From the NCBI RefSeq assembly GCF_964204645.1, contig NC_134026.1:28740150-28804149 (forward strand): 64,000 nt of DNA. The letters run 5' to 3'. Position numbers and translations under genes: made by a program. Positions 12,442-26,278 of the stretch are shown here, piece by piece; the first letter of the stretch is position 1, and each line of letters begins with the position of its first letter. A model generated the notes under the pieces. The model worked only from the letters and a program-made list of their open reading frames with translations. It was not told where the DNA came from and did not search any database. The DNA is from Tubulanus polymorphus. Taxonomy: Eukaryota > Animalia > Nemertea.

Positions 12442-12994
12442 CACAGAGTCAACGGGACAGTTGAAACCGGGTGACTCTCACGGGACAGTAGGCCTATTTA
12501 AAATCGAGTCCGACCTCAGTCTCACGGGACGTATCAAAACTAGAGGTCCTAGCTCACACGGGACACGGGTGGCCCGACCTCACGGGACACAGTACCGTGA
12601 ATCCGGGTCCTCTCACTTTGCTAAAGTTGCCTTCTTCGATTTGACTTTTTTGCAGTGAACGCTTAACAAACTTAGTGAATAACCATTTGCACCAAAAGAT
12701 ACATTCAATCACTTTATTTTCGATCGATAGCTAACGTTAGCTGTTTCTTGTCTCAGTTCTCTTGATCCGATCTTCATTACATTTAATGTTTTGATTTGAT
12801 GATATCATTGATCTGAAATAATCAAATTACGAATAAATTTAGATTATTAACATGTTCTTAACAATATTTTCAGTGTATATAGTAAACAATCGAGTTCATT
12901 TACCTTCGATATTTCGTCTACAAAATGCAAAGTTTTCATCGAGACCTGTGACGGGACAGGGATGTCCCATCCCCAGGTCCTCTCACGGGACATG
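12442..12994. repeat. Cluster of (CTC)ACGGGAC motifs, probable transposon subterminal repeats
   Basis: About seven copies of acgggac near 12452, 12480, 12524, 12557, 12582, 12951 and 12985, flanking an AT-rich core. Confidence 0.5.
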
Positions 12995-13273
12995 CTGCAC
13001 TGCTGCAGTTTAACCAATTCAATTCAATTCAATAAATTCATAGTTATGGTAAGTTTAAAGAGAATATATAACTATTGATTGCAAATAACAATTTTCTGCA
13101 TGACAGCCGAAACCCTGTTCTCACCTAGTTGGTGAGTATATTGGCCATATGTAAGCTTACAAATACAAATACATTACGGTTTGTGATAAGAAGAGTGGCC
13201 TTCTTGCTAGAGTGTGATGATCAAAATTAACTGTTTTTTGTACCATACTATTACTAAATTCATTTTCAGATTA

Positions 13274-14034
13274 ATGATGGGAAAATTTCCTCCATATTTC
13301 TCCTGGGTGATCGAGGGCTTATTGGCAGCATTGGCCTTTCCATCTCAACCAGAACACATCGAATATCTAAAAGATAATAATATCAAGCATCTCGTATCTC
13401 TTACTGCTGAACGAATTCCTAAAGTTGATGGATTCCCTGGTAAGTTTATCGGCATATCAGTTTGTTTTAATTGCTAATTTGAACCAATAAATTGGTGCCT
13501 GGTTTTATTTCTAAAAACACAGATATAAATTGGACACATATACCAATAAAAGATTTCACAGCCCCAACGCTGCCACAAGTAGATGAATTTGTCAAATTAC
13601 TAGACTATGCAAAAAAGGAAAACGAAGTAAGCTACGCATACTACTAATTAGACTTCATGTTAAAAAAAGAAACATATACATCTGAATCCATCCGGTTAGA
13701 AGTAGATTCATCAGATTATTCAGTTGGTCCAAATCAGAAATATTATGTTTTGTAGGCTGTTGCCGTTCACTGTGCTGCTGGTCGTGGTAGAACTGGGACG
13801 ATGATTGCTAGCTATCTGATTAAAGAGTATGGATTACCAGCTGAAGAAGCCATCACTAAAACTCGTAGTCTACGCCCTGGATCAATAGAAACTAAAGATC
13901 AAGAGAAATTAGTTCATACTTATTATGATCATATAAAAACATGTTCAAATTCACAGAATGTAGAATCAGATAGTTATAGTTTTGACCTCTCGTTGCATGA
14001 AGGTCATTTGGCTTCAGGAAATTGTCAGTCTTGA
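13274..14034 (+). CDS. DUSP23: Dual-specificity protein phosphatase 23
   Basis: Three coding exons: PPYFSWV...LAALAFP...HLVSLT; HIPIKDFTAPT (catalytic Asp loop); AVAVHCAAGRGRTGTMIASYL (HCxxGxxR), followed by RSLRPGSIET. Confidence 0.92.
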
Positions 14035-15545
14035 CGTAAGGTTCATATTGTTTCATATTGTGTCATATGAAATTCCATGTGATATAGATTTATGTACATA
14101 ACATAAAGCTAGGCTATATTTAATGTATCGGTACCAAAGCAGTTGAAAACTATGTTTTACTTGCGGATTAGTTTCGCTTTACCATGACAAGCTCAGTCTG
14201 GTTTTTAGAAATCCTTTTTAGCGAAAAAGATCTCATGATTTCTTCGCTCTTCATTTAAGCGATTGATCGATTTTCTCATTATTATTTCTCATCCTAAACT
14301 ATTGAATCTCAACTGTTTATTAGCTGGGACCAGACTAAATAGGGCTTTCTGACACTATAGTTTGTAGTATGTTTGTTATTTCTGTATTTTTAAGGTGCTA
14401 TACAAAAAGTTTATATGTATACGTTTTACACACGTTCATATATGATAAATTACCTCATTTTCTCCACGAGGTTTATTGGTCTTAACTTTCTAATTATTTT
14501 GCTCAACTGCATGGAAAGCTTCAAATTTATATTTTTGAAATAAATTTTGACCTGGAAGCTATGAACTGATTTCCATTTATTTCTGCGGTGTTTCTTCTGT
14601 AACTCGAACCTACTGCTCCTAGAAATCTGATTTCAGCTAGGGTTGCATCTCCAAGTGGAATCCTATTGAGGATGCTTGAGCTGGTATCTTTCCAATCATC
14701 AGAGGGAATGTCATTTCAAAACTGATCGAATTTCATTTTCAAGACACATGACACATAGGATTAACTCATAAAATAAATATTTATTTCCCTTAATTTACAG
14801 AATCCGAAGCTTAATATAAAATGATTTTCATTCATACTTACAAATACAGAACACTCATGCATGGCGCACATGATTGATATCTTGGTAAAACACAGCTTGC
14901 AGTATAAATAATCTATTACATAACTTTAAAGCCGTTTTCTAGTCATTAAACCATTTAACACGAAATAAATAAAATATACAAACATAACTTGAACAAAATG
15001 CTACCAAACATTGAACTACTAATAAATGACTGATGGTTTCATAATTGTTTTTTCCGTTCACAGATTATCGACCTTTAATTGACACATGCATAAGTTAAGA
15101 GTGCATATCAAATGTCTTATTCTGATGTCAGTGAGGTAAAATACCTCTTAAGAAATACAATTAGGCAAGCGTTTTTCTTTTGCTGGAAGAAAGCGCCCTT
15201 TCACCTACACCTCCAGGGACCTGAATCCGACCCTGGTTAACACGAACACATGTCACCTGTTTATATTCGTATAATATTTTAACGCATCAAGCCCTGCACC
15301 TAATGTCTATGCCATGACATACATATTAAACCAAACCCTTGATATCATTTATATTACCGTCCAATATAAACACCAGCTGTCAACCGAAATTAACCCGATA
15401 CACATAAGTAGCAATCCTTGGAATGTCTCAAACAGTTAGGCAATAGGTAGTTTAGTAAGACACACAGGTCTAGACTAGTGAAGTGTTATATCCTGTTATC
15501 CTATATGTGAATCATATCGAACAGATGGTGCAGAATATTCAATCG

Positions 15546-18500
15546 TTAAATAGTGACCATATTCGCGAGTGCTATTTTCTGTTTCTTGGTTTGAATTTCC
15601 TCGGCTAATAGACGCTCGACTGTTTCCTCTGCACTGCTTCCCGTCGTACTTGCTGCATCGTCTGAGTTGCAAATTTCTTTTAATTCTTGCATCTGCGTTT
15701 CAACTTTCCTGCGAAAATTTAATTCAATACCTCGTAACAAACTGAAGGTAACAGCTTGAGAGCATTGTAAAATTGAGAAGTGCAGACTTACTTCCATGAT
15801 TGATTTGAATTGATAACTGCCATTGTGTGGTCATCGATCTGTCTTTGAAGGTTACTCATCTCTGACTGGAGGCTTTGTAAGCAATCTTGAACTGCCGTCA
15901 GTGGCCTGAAACATATTTCAATCCAATTCTTGACGAATCATTGTATAATATCATAAAATCAGCGCACAAGTACTGTGGAGTACATCTAATTGATTCAAAT
16001 GAGATCTCACTAGTTACTCACTTGCTATTGAAGGAAGGGGTTGACTCAGTGTGCAGTATTTTCTCTATAATTGACAATGCTGATTGATACATTTCATCTG
16101 ACGAATCATCATCAGACTTCAGCTGACCGTTCATACCCATTGTGGCCGAGTCCTCAGAATTTTTGTTCTATAATTGACAAACCTTGATTTATATTGAGAA
16201 TAACATGAAAAATGTATCATCTCATATCATCGTTCAATAGATACCTTTAAACTGGCTTTCACAGCACCCTTAAGTTCGGATAATTTCGATTGATGAGCAA
16301 ATTTCTCCCTTCGAGTTTGGTTGAGTTCATTTCTCAGTTTATCGGAATCTTCTTTAGTCGTCTGAAACAAACAAGACACAAATTGAAAACAGAGAAACAA
16401 TGTAAGTTCTATAACCGGTTTTACTGTTGTTTCTCTTATTTACCTGCAATATTTTCTGTATATTTTCTAATTCGGCCTGTTGTCTTTGTTCAGCGAGCTG
16501 TAGTTGATTTTTCAAACCTTCCACACCTAGATTCTTCTGATCAATTTGCCAAAGCAGTTGCTGTAATACGAATGAGAAACCTACAAATGAAAACTCGATA
16601 CAAAACTGAAATCAATCGATTATAACAAATCTAAGTACCTTAATTTGGGCGTCTACAACTGGATCCTTCTCCGAACACTGTTGAAGTTGTCTTTGTAGAC
16701 TCTCAACTTCTAATTGCGACAAGCGTGAAGCAGTTTTCAAGGCTTCTAACTCAGCTCTGTAACTTTGTTCGGCTGATAAACTTATTTCCAGCTGATTTTT
16801 CAGTTTATTACATTCACTCGTTAGATGTTCGGTGTCTTTTTGCAGCAGTTTGACGTCTGATTTGACTTCTAATTCATGTGACTGTAGTTTGCTGCTATTC
16901 AACCTTTCCGATGCCAACTGCAAAATGCAAAGGCATTTAAAACTTAAGGTATTTAGGAATTTGAAGTAAAATGAATTAAAAAGGGGCGAGAGCAATAGAT
17001 AAACATCTTTTACCTGTTTTTTTAGTCTTTCTATTTCTTCTCTCTCTTGATTCAGCGCAGACTCGAGAGCCTGAATTGTTGACTTATGTTCGTTGGCTAT
17101 TTTACTCATTTCGTTTAACTGATGTTGAGTCATAGCTGATATTTCCACAATGGACGACTCTTTCTCAGCGAGCGCACCCTCTAATTCACTGGTATGTTGT
17201 TTCAATGTTCCATGGCTTTGTAGAACTCCTGAAAATATATACGCCATTAAACTGATCTATCATTACTACAACATTTTTTGGGGAAAATAGTCATTATCAT
17301 TTATTCTTATTTTACCTGCAAGGCGACCTTTTTCTCTTTCTAAATCTAAAGCCAGCAATCGACTTTCATCTTGAGATTGTTTTTGTAGCTCTAGTAACTG
17401 CTGCAAGTCCCACTGATGATGTTCTAGTTCTGATATTCGATCTTTATAACCTTGTATTTCATTGCGAGCCGAATCTCGTTGGATATCGATTTCTGTTTCT
17501 AACACAGTTTTCTTATGTTCCAACGCTTCAACTTTGTTTGTCAGCAACTGAAAATACACAGAAAACACGTGATATCTAGGGGTAACTATTGACTATTTCA
17601 GTCTGTGTAATTGTAACCAACCTCGAGCTGTTCTGTCAGATGCTCCTGTTGTTTAGCACCAGTAGTTATTTCTCCTTCCGCTATCTTTCTCTGTAATTCT
17701 GTCATTTCACTGAGAATGGTCTTTCTGTCATTTTCGACTTGCGACAGTTTATTTGAATACGATGTTAAATCATCGCTGTATTCGGATTTTCTAGTTTCTA
17801 ATTCGTGACGAGACGTCTGTAAATCTTGCATAAGTTTCTCGATTTCTTGCTGATACCGAGTGATTTCATTACCAAGTTGATTTTTCATTTCAGTGATGTA
17901 AACTTTCAAATCATCATTTTCTTGCTTGATTTTATCGCGTTCGAGTCCATCCCCTTCTAAACCCTGGATGCGAGCTTGTAATGCAACTTTTTCCTCCACA
18001 TTAGAATTCTGATGTGACTCATATTCAATCACTTTTCTTTCCGCTGAATTCAGTTTTTCCAAAACATTCAGCTTTTCTTGCGATACCTCCTGTAATGTTT
18101 CATGTAGTTGACTTATTTCATTTCTCAAATTGATGACTTCAGTTTCTAAATTAGCTTTTCCTTCGTTCAATTCGTTTACTTTAACAAATCTATCTGAGAC
18201 ACTGTTATTAAACTCCTCAAATGCAGTTTTCTGCTTTTCAATCTGAGCTCGGGCTTCTGCCAGTGATTTCTCAACACTAAATTTCTCTGATTCAACTTTC
18301 TCTAAATGCAAATTCTTTGAGTCCAGATCTTGCCTCATTTGCTTGAATGAAACTTCAACTTTTTTCATATCTTCTTTTAACATCTCAAGCGCGTAGTCAA
18401 TAGCTCTTTTCTCTTCATTAACCGACGCTAATGCTACTTCAAGGGCAATCTTTTCTTCGGTTAGTTTAAGGATGTCACTACCACTGCCGGTAAAATTATC

Positions 18501-21500
18501 CTGAAAATCTACCAGTCTAGCTTCAACATCAACAAATCTAGCCTCAAGTATTTCAAAGTCATTTTCCTTTTGAAAAAGTTTTTCTTGCGATAAAGTCAGT
18601 GACTTGAGCATTTCCGCGTGTTCTCTCTGCAATGATTCAACTAGTCCCTGTTTCTCTTGTAATTCCTCGGTAGTTTTTCGTAGTTTTTCTTCCAAGTCTG
18701 ACGTCGTAGATATCAAACTCGCGAGTCGCAATTTCTCGTCTTCCACGAACAAAATTTTCTGATTCAAATTTTCTTCCGTGCTCGAACTTTCATTTTGAAT
18801 CTGACGGAATGAGGCTTCGCGTTCCAGCATGTCCGTTTCGATTGTTTCCAAGTGACGTACCAGTAATTCTTTTTCATGTAACGCTCTTTGTTGAGTTTCT
18901 GCGAGTTGGTTTTTCATCACAGAATTATCTGACTTCAGTTTTTCTATAAAGCCGTTTTGCTGCATAGTAACAGTTTGTACATTACTGAGTTCTTTCTGTA
19001 GTTCGTTTCTAAGTTCTTGAGCAGTCATAAGTTGTTGTTGATACCATTCTTTAGTTTTTGATAATGCTGCCATATCATTTTGAACCGTACGCATTTCATT
19101 TATACACTGCCTTTTTTCTTGATGTACAACATTCAAATCTTGCTGAATTTCCGTCATTTTTAGTTTTAGACTTTGAAAAGATCCTTCTTTTTGATCGATG
19201 TGTCGTTGCATTTCCACGAGTTTATCCTGAAGTTTAGAGTTGGCAGACTTTGACGCCTCTAAGTCGGTCATCAATTTGGTTGTTTCATGCGATTTTTCGT
19301 ACAAAGCATTTTGCGATAATTTAACAGTTCTGTCCAACTCGTCGTGCCTCGATTTCAACACCTTCATTTCTGTTAACAAAGCTTCCTGATCTTTTAAACT
19401 TCCACTCGAGACCTGAGATTGAGATTTCAGCTGCGAACGAAGTGCTGCCAGATGTGTTTGAAGTTCACTTCTTTCGCGGACGGCATTACGAGCTTCAAGT
19501 TGAAACATTTCTATCTGTCCCTTTAGGTTTGCATTTTCTCTTAACAACTTCTCAGTATCTTCATTCATACGTGAACTCATAGTTATCTGTTTAAAACTAG
19601 GTAATGTATCCATGTTACTAAAAGAATGACTGCTACTTGGTACAAATCCAAAACTTTGGTTTGCATTTCCACTATTATCAGATTTTAAAGGCGTTGAACA
19701 ATTAACCGGTATATCAGTGAAACTTGTTTCTTCAATTTTCTCAATATCTATCCCTGAATCTTTTATTTCTAAATCAGTTGCAGGATTGACAGCGTCTTCA
19801 GGAGTCAGCGATTTAATTGGTTCAAAACCAGTGTCTCTGACAGTTGGAGTATCAAACTTACGGATTTTAACTTCATTTCTAGGTGAATCGAATGATGAGC
19901 CTTCAAACGGCTCTGGTTGACTAAATGCACTATTTTGTTTTGGTGAAGCAGAATCTTGTTTCAAATCAGGATGAGAACTACCTTGGTTATTCTTAACTAA
20001 CGATTTCTTATTTTTTGATTTACTATTTGCTTTAGCTTTCGCTTTAAGTCTTTGTTTCAGTTCATCACTTGGTGCAGTATAGGATTTCTTAGTAGTCGGA
20101 TCTTTGTCAATTGTCACTTCCATTTCACCAGGTTTGATTCTAATAAGGTTGCTGCTCTCTTGTGTATGCATAGATAAGATAGGCGAAGCTGAAGCGTGTT
20201 CAGCTGATGTTTGAGGTAATGAGTAATCGTTAATTGCTTCTGAATTCTGTAGAATAAAATAATAGACGATTCAACAATTCATTCTTTGTCAGGTCATTAG
20301 CAAATTAATATTGTGCTGGGTATCTACCTTTTTCTGCTTCAACAATAATTCAGCTTGAGCCAGATAACTAGCGATCTCATCCGCACTTGCCGGGGTCAAA
20401 TCATGATGACCTAGAAAGAAAGTACGATTAAAAGATTTAAGAAAATTCAAGCTTCCGGTCATCAAACTCATGAGCAGAATTGAAACAAACCTATAACAGA
20501 TTTTTGCAGAGCTAAAGCTTCTGTTGTTGATGTAAAAGCAGTAAAAGTTGCTTGTTCATCTTCGATTTCATCGATACCGACAGTAGTTTTATTAGTTTCT
20601 GGTGATGACATTTTCAGCTTTGCCTAAATTGATTAAATGCACATCCATGAGTTATTCATTCATTCATTCATTCATTCATTCATTCATTCATTCATTCATT
20701 CATTCATTCATTCATTCATTCATTCATTCATTCATTCATTCATTCATTCATTCATTCATTCATTCATTCATTCATTCATTCATAACATGAAATAATTTTC
20801 ATAGCCTATAGAATTACCCTAGCACTAGTTGTTTTAGCAATTTTGCCCTAACCTAGAACGGACCAATTTAGAACAAACTTTTTGATAGAGTGAATGCTTA
20901 GTAAATAACTTAGTTCATTCTAAATTGGAATAGGCTTAATTTTAGAGTGTTCCTAATGACGAAGTGTGAACGCAGCTATGAGCACTTACTAGTATAGTCT
21001 CTACTATATTAATATCCAAAACTCCTCCAGTTTTCTGAAACTCAATCCAAGTATCAGAACGATGTGCTGTTTGTTTGGATTCTGCGTGCTCCGAATGACG
21101 ATCTTCTTCTTCTTCTTCTTCCTCGGATATAAAACAACCCGTGTCGCAATTCTCGATGAAAACTGTCGACTGAAATCTTAAACTGCTATTGTTCAACCCT
21201 GGCGATAGATTGCGTTCGTTTAATAGCAAATCGTCTTCGATGACCTGATGAGAAAGTTCTTCGCTTAGATCAGCGTCGATGAATAAACTAGATGAAACCG
21301 GTTGCCCTCGATACAACGGCGGTGTTATATCGTATTGTTCTCGGTATTGATCTAAACTATCAGCTCTATCCGATACGAATTCACTCTCACTAGTTTTTTG
21401 AAGTCTTCGATTCGAGGAGTGAACGCGACAATATTCTTCTAGATTATCCTCCTCGTTTTGTTCTGATGCTTTGTCGAGGTTCGATTCTGAAATATTGAAG

Positions 21501-22868
21501 ATAGATGATTCTAAATCAAACTTAGTATGAAAGAAATGATAACAAGAAATGCAAATTCATAACTACCGTATTACATTATCAATCATGCTCAATGTGAATT
21601 TAGTCAAACTCTGCATCCAACATGCAATGTCTAATATTATGATTCATCCGGATAGATTTAAAGGAAACATAAAAAGAAACCAAAGACAGTGAACTAGGGC
21701 TGTACCTAGCATTTGAATTTTGGGGGGTAGAGAAACCTGAAGGAGGGCAGTTCTATTGGACATAAGAATAATATTTGCAAAAATTTGCAAAATTGGTACT
21801 TTTCCTAAATTTTAGGAGGGGTCACTGCTCCTGCCCCGCTAGGTACGGCCCTGTGAACCCAAACATAACTATCACCAAAATAGAACCCAATCATTCGTCA
21901 AACAGATAAACCTCTTTTAGTCCTGTGTAATGCTCCTATCGGAGAGGTTCTCAAAAAGGGTAAGAAAAAAAAACTAATTACATTGTTAATAAGCATGTAT
22001 TTCTGTATGTTAATGGTCTATCTACTCTAGCTACAACATTCCAGTCTTATACCTGTCACTTGACCCTCACAATCCTCTGAGGTTAACTCACAACTGTTGT
22101 TTATTATTGTTTTCACTGGTGACACAGCCTTTCCCTGAATGTATTTCTTCTTCACGTTATTAGTGCCTACAATGAAACATTGAAACAGTGGATGTTTTGC
22201 CAATATGTCATTATTCTAGTAAATGCTATTTCACCAATACCTATCATTAAAAGATTCATTTATACAATGAGAATTAGAAAAAGGGTCCGAGAGAAATTTT
22301 AAGGTTTAGATTTGATAAGGAAAGGGTCAGATTTAATGGTCAAGTTGAGTCCTAAAGTAGTTAAAACTTACAAGTTTCAGTATCTAAATGGTTTAGTCAC
22401 AGGGACTTGACACAAAAGGATTTTGACCCCAGTATCCTAGGTACTATATATAAAAAGACTTTTTATATATAGTACCTAGGATACTGGGGTCAAAATCCTT
22501 TTGTGTCAAAAGTCCCTATGGGATTAGTGGTAGAATGTTGCAAGTACTGGTTAGAATCCCAAATTCTAACTAATTCCTTTTTATGCTTTCCTGCACCTCA
22601 GTATTACGCATTACAGCATCAGCTACCAATCAGAATGACCAGCAGGCAAAAAGCGTTTAGAAAGATAATGTCAATTTGGTAACAGATACTAACCGACAGT
22701 GAATGATAACTCAGGTGAAGTAGGAATGCTGTCGTTGATATTTTCTGATATTAATTCCGAATCGTATGATACAACGTTACTGAATGAATCTAGTTCAGTG
22801 CTGTTATAAGTTGACAAGTCATACTCTTCAAAATTCACCTGCTCCAAGGTTATTTGATATGACTCCAT
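15546..22868 (-). CDS. GOLGA3: Golgin subfamily A member 3 (golgin-160)-like coiled-coil protein
   Basis: Acidic, Ser-rich N-terminal exons with a putative ATG at 22868 (MESYQITLEQ). A ~2.6-kb coiled-coil exon contains KEWYQQQLMTAQELR (GOLGA3-type WYQQQL); the C-terminal part has CLQSLQSEMSNLQRQIDDH. The start codon is uncertain. Confidence 0.75.
20654..20783. repeat. Perfect (ATTC)n microsatellite, ~32 units
   Basis: Directly visible; lies in a GOLGA3 intron. Confidence 0.98.
21695..21853. mobile_element. MITE with ~16-bp TIRs and a 5-bp TSD
   Basis: TIRs tagggctgtacctagc / gctaggtacggccctg; direct repeat tgaac at 21690-21694 and 21854-21858. Confidence 0.75.
22398..22520. mobile_element. 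Near-perfect palindromic MITE of the CACAGGG family
   Basis: ~60-bp arms (cacagggacttgacacaaaaggattttgaccccagtatcctaggtactatatataaaaag and its reverse complement). Flanks ggtttagt / ggattagt give a 7/8 TSD match. Confidence 0.85.
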
Positions 22869-25246
22869 TGAACAGCATCTCTGTTATTATATTAGTATCC
22901 CTTGAACTTGCTGGATGAGATTCTATATGAGAGAGAAAAACAATCATTGTTGTAGTCTGAATACCAGTTCGCATGATAAAAATTCATGACTGAGTAGACG
23001 TAAGACTGAGGGTCCATCTCTGTGGTGTGTGGTGGCAATTCATTCAGCACTGTCTCTGAACCTCTATGTGGACAATTTTACTTTAAGGCTCATTGTCAAA
23101 TACATTAGTTAGATTGATACTGTTTGTAACTAGGATGGATGGGCATAAGGGGTAATACATGAAGTAATCGGGGGACGGCAATCTCCACCGGACCGGCACC
23201 AGCCCACAGATCGGGCTGACCCAGCAGCTCTATTACTTAAAAAATCCTTTTCACTTTGAGAGGTAAGAAACTAAACCCTTTTGATTTTCTGCAATTTAAA
23301 TATTCATACCTGATAGATAAGTATAATTGATTTCATTTACCGCAGTTATTAATAATTTCGCGTTAAAACGCGAAAAATATTGCTTTTTCATAAAATTTCT
23401 GACAGCACTGAGTGAAACGTCATCAGAAACTGCTTGCGATTAAATTCAATACAGCATGGTTTGTTCTCGTAGCTATGTTCGAACCCCATCACGTATACTA
23501 ATTTTGTTAACTAGTTAAACGAGTCATTTGACCGCTACTAGGCCAATAATATAATAAACGAATCCTTAATTTTTTTGTCGTCTATAATGTCTTTGTCACC
23601 TACCGATATTAAAAGTTTCAAGGTCACACCAGGCTATCGTAGCTATTCATCACTATTGAACTACATCTGTCATGCCATTCTAGCTTATCTAGGCCTAACG
23701 CCACTTGCATTTAAAAATAAGACTTGTTTATTTCCTGTCTGACATTTCATCCGGGTTCCTTTTTAAATAGAGTATTTTGGTCAAAAACAAGAACGAAAAC
23801 AAAGAAATCTCACTCTTCGGACAACTGAAATATATTTTCATAGGATACTTACAGCATCTAACAGATAGGCAACACACCAATGCAATAACTGGTAGAAAAA
23901 CAATTTTAATAGCTTTTGCATTATATAAAATGAAATTTGTAAAAATTTAATCATATCCTGACCCAAAACTTAATCATTAGAAATCTACTTTTGAAGGAAT
24001 CTTACGGTCAGTGAAACTGTCTCATATTATCATAAAGGCTAAGTAACTTGGCACTAGGATATTATTTTTTTTCCACAAATTTGAGAAATGTTTAATTACA
24101 GAGATATCACAAGAGTTTGTAACCCAATGAATTAGATTATCTTACACAATTAGATTGTTTATACAACATACACACTGAGTAAATTCCTATACAACACAAG
24201 GTATCATACACTTATATCCCCTTATGTTCAATACACATCAATTTTGTATCACAAACCTATGCACATTTTTTTCGAAACTGGTGACTTTTTCAGCGCCAAA
24301 CTATTATCATTTTTGTTGAATTAATTACCGAATAGGACACAAAGTGCAAACTCATCATTCACAATAATACATCAAAGCACCTACATCTACTCAAACAGTA
24401 AAATTAAATAGCAATTACATTTTATATTAACTATAACGTTTAATACTAAGGTTTTATTTTAACAAATACAAATTTGAGAAGAAATTTGAATTATTTTATC
24501 GATCAACCCTCCCGAAACCATGAATACAAAGTTTAAAACAACATTGTCCATAGATTCAAAATAAAGTGGTTTCACATGTATAATCAATGAGGTATCCTTA
24601 TATACAACATGAGAATATTCTATACACATTTCCATCTTATAGAAGAAATTTATACATGGGCAAGATTCATGTACAGCGAGTTAAGATGATCCACATTAAA
24701 AACACGTGCTGAATAAATAATGTCACAAAAAATTTCATCATCAATGTCAATGTACGTCAATCATTTTCAGTTTTATCAGTATCCAACACTCCATCCTGTA
24801 CACCATCGGCATCAACTCGGACATACAAACTTTTTTCATACTGAAAAACAAATAGACGAGAATTAGGTCTTAGAATTCACTTCATGAAACTGAATTATTC
24901 CTGCGAAATGATGAAAACGAATTCATACCAAAAATACTTCTTTAGTGCGTCTATACATCCGGTCAATAATAAACGTGCGAGTTTGAAGTGGGATAGAGAT
25001 CAATCGGTTTTTGGACTCATTGTCCACTCGTATCATATTTTACATGTCCGGTCGGTGGTATGTAGAGTGTAGATATGCTAGTACTAAAATACACTAACTC
25101 TGCTGAGGTTTACCAGTCATAACAATACACAGAAGATATTTATCTCAGTTTCAATGATGTCTAATGAGCTTTGTACATATAAATGAATCTTGGGTGAAAG
25201 ACTATGGTGATATCAGTAATCTATCGAATGAGAAATCGGTTCTCTG

Positions 25247-26278
25247 TCAGTAGTACGGGACTCCACTGTCCATGTGAGTCCAACATGCGTATTCAGTCCA
25301 TGTACTTATACCGTCATAATTGGGTTTAAACGATGACGTATACTGCGGAATCGTCGCCGCTTTCTTTTCTTCTTGTTTCTTGATCGAAACGCGATAATTA
25401 GTTCCACCTCTGTTATCCCAGTACTGATTCCCGTTACACTCGTAACAGACAGCGAATTCCACCGCGTCGTCGGACGTTAGATTTTCGGGTACGATCAGTT
25501 CGAAACCGAACGTGTCGTAAACGGTCGGACTAGAATCGCCGGTCGTCAGGAAATCAGTTTGAATATCGGCAAAACTTTGCCACCCATCGCAGGTCCATCG
25601 AACGAAAACGCTTTTCTCGAAAGCGATATTCTTCACTTTAACAGTACCGGCTAGATTGTACTCCTTAGCGATCACATTCTCCAGACAAACGCAATTAGTG
25701 TCGAGTTTCTGTCGAAACGAAAGATAATCAGACGCCGGCTGCGGGAAATCGAGAACAATCGCTGGAGGTACGAATGACTGATCTTCAGCGCGTTGAATGA
25801 TTAACGCCATGTGTGGACAGTTCTCTAGTTTAGGCGGAGTATCCGATTGTTCCGTCATGTATCGAACCTTTGTCAACGAAAATCCTTTGCAATCAGCGAA
25901 CGAAACGGTTTTCTTCGGCAAGCCGGTTTTTTTGCTGATACTTTCGACTTTCTCCTCGTTTTCGTCGTCGTCATAAATGTACGAGTTCCATTCGTTATTT
26001 GCCTTCGCGATGATCGGTCGAAGGGCCGACTCGGACACCGTTTCACAGAACGACGAATACTCGAAGCTGTTTCGCCCGACATCGCAAAAATGATCGGTGA
26101 TGTTAAACCCGCTGAAACCGAGAGGCGGGCTGGACGACATCAAGTACGCCGCGAAATCGACTGGCATTTTTGTTGCGTGCTTTCCTGCTTTTTCGTTATT
26201 CGAATAACGATAAAAACTGCTTTTGTTGTTGTTTACGCCACCGATGATAGGAAATGATTCCACTTGAAGCATTTTCAT
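25247..26278 (-). CDS. Protein phosphatase 1 glycogen-targeting subunit (PPP1R3B/C family, CBM21), single coding exon
   Basis: RVxF motif KKTVSFAD; CBM21 motifs VCLEN, GTVKVKNIAFEKSVFVR, EFAVCYECNGNQYWDNRGGTNY; C-terminal PYY. The family-like start MPVD is at 26167 and an upstream in-frame ATG is at 26278. Confidence 0.92.
   Translation of the reverse strand: MKMLQVESFPIIGGVNNNKSSFYRYSNNEKAGKHATKMPVDFAAYLMSSSPPLGFSGFNITDHFCDVGRNSFEYSSFCETVSESALRPIIAKANNEWNSYIYDDDENEEKVESISKKTGLPKKTVSFADCKGFSLTKVRYMTEQSDTPPKLENCPHMALIIQRAEDQSFVPPAIVLDFPQPASDYLSFRQKLDTNCVCLENVIAKEYNLAGTVKVKNIAFEKSVFVRWTCDGWQSFADIQTDFLTTGDSSPTVYDTFGFELIVPENLTSDDAVEFAVCYECNGNQYWDNRGGTNYRVSIKKQEEKKAATIPQYTSSFKPNYDGISTWTEYACWTHMDSGVPYY

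Noticed and set aside
20602-20790. ORF with (HSFI)n repeat
   Set aside because: It is a translation of the (ATTC)n microsatellite, antisense within a GOLGA3 intron.
25847-26257. 136-aa antisense ORF over PPP1R3 (and similar shadows at 3534-3884, 19717-19920, 37584-37898)
   Set aside because: These are shadow frames of real coding exons with no recognisable motifs.
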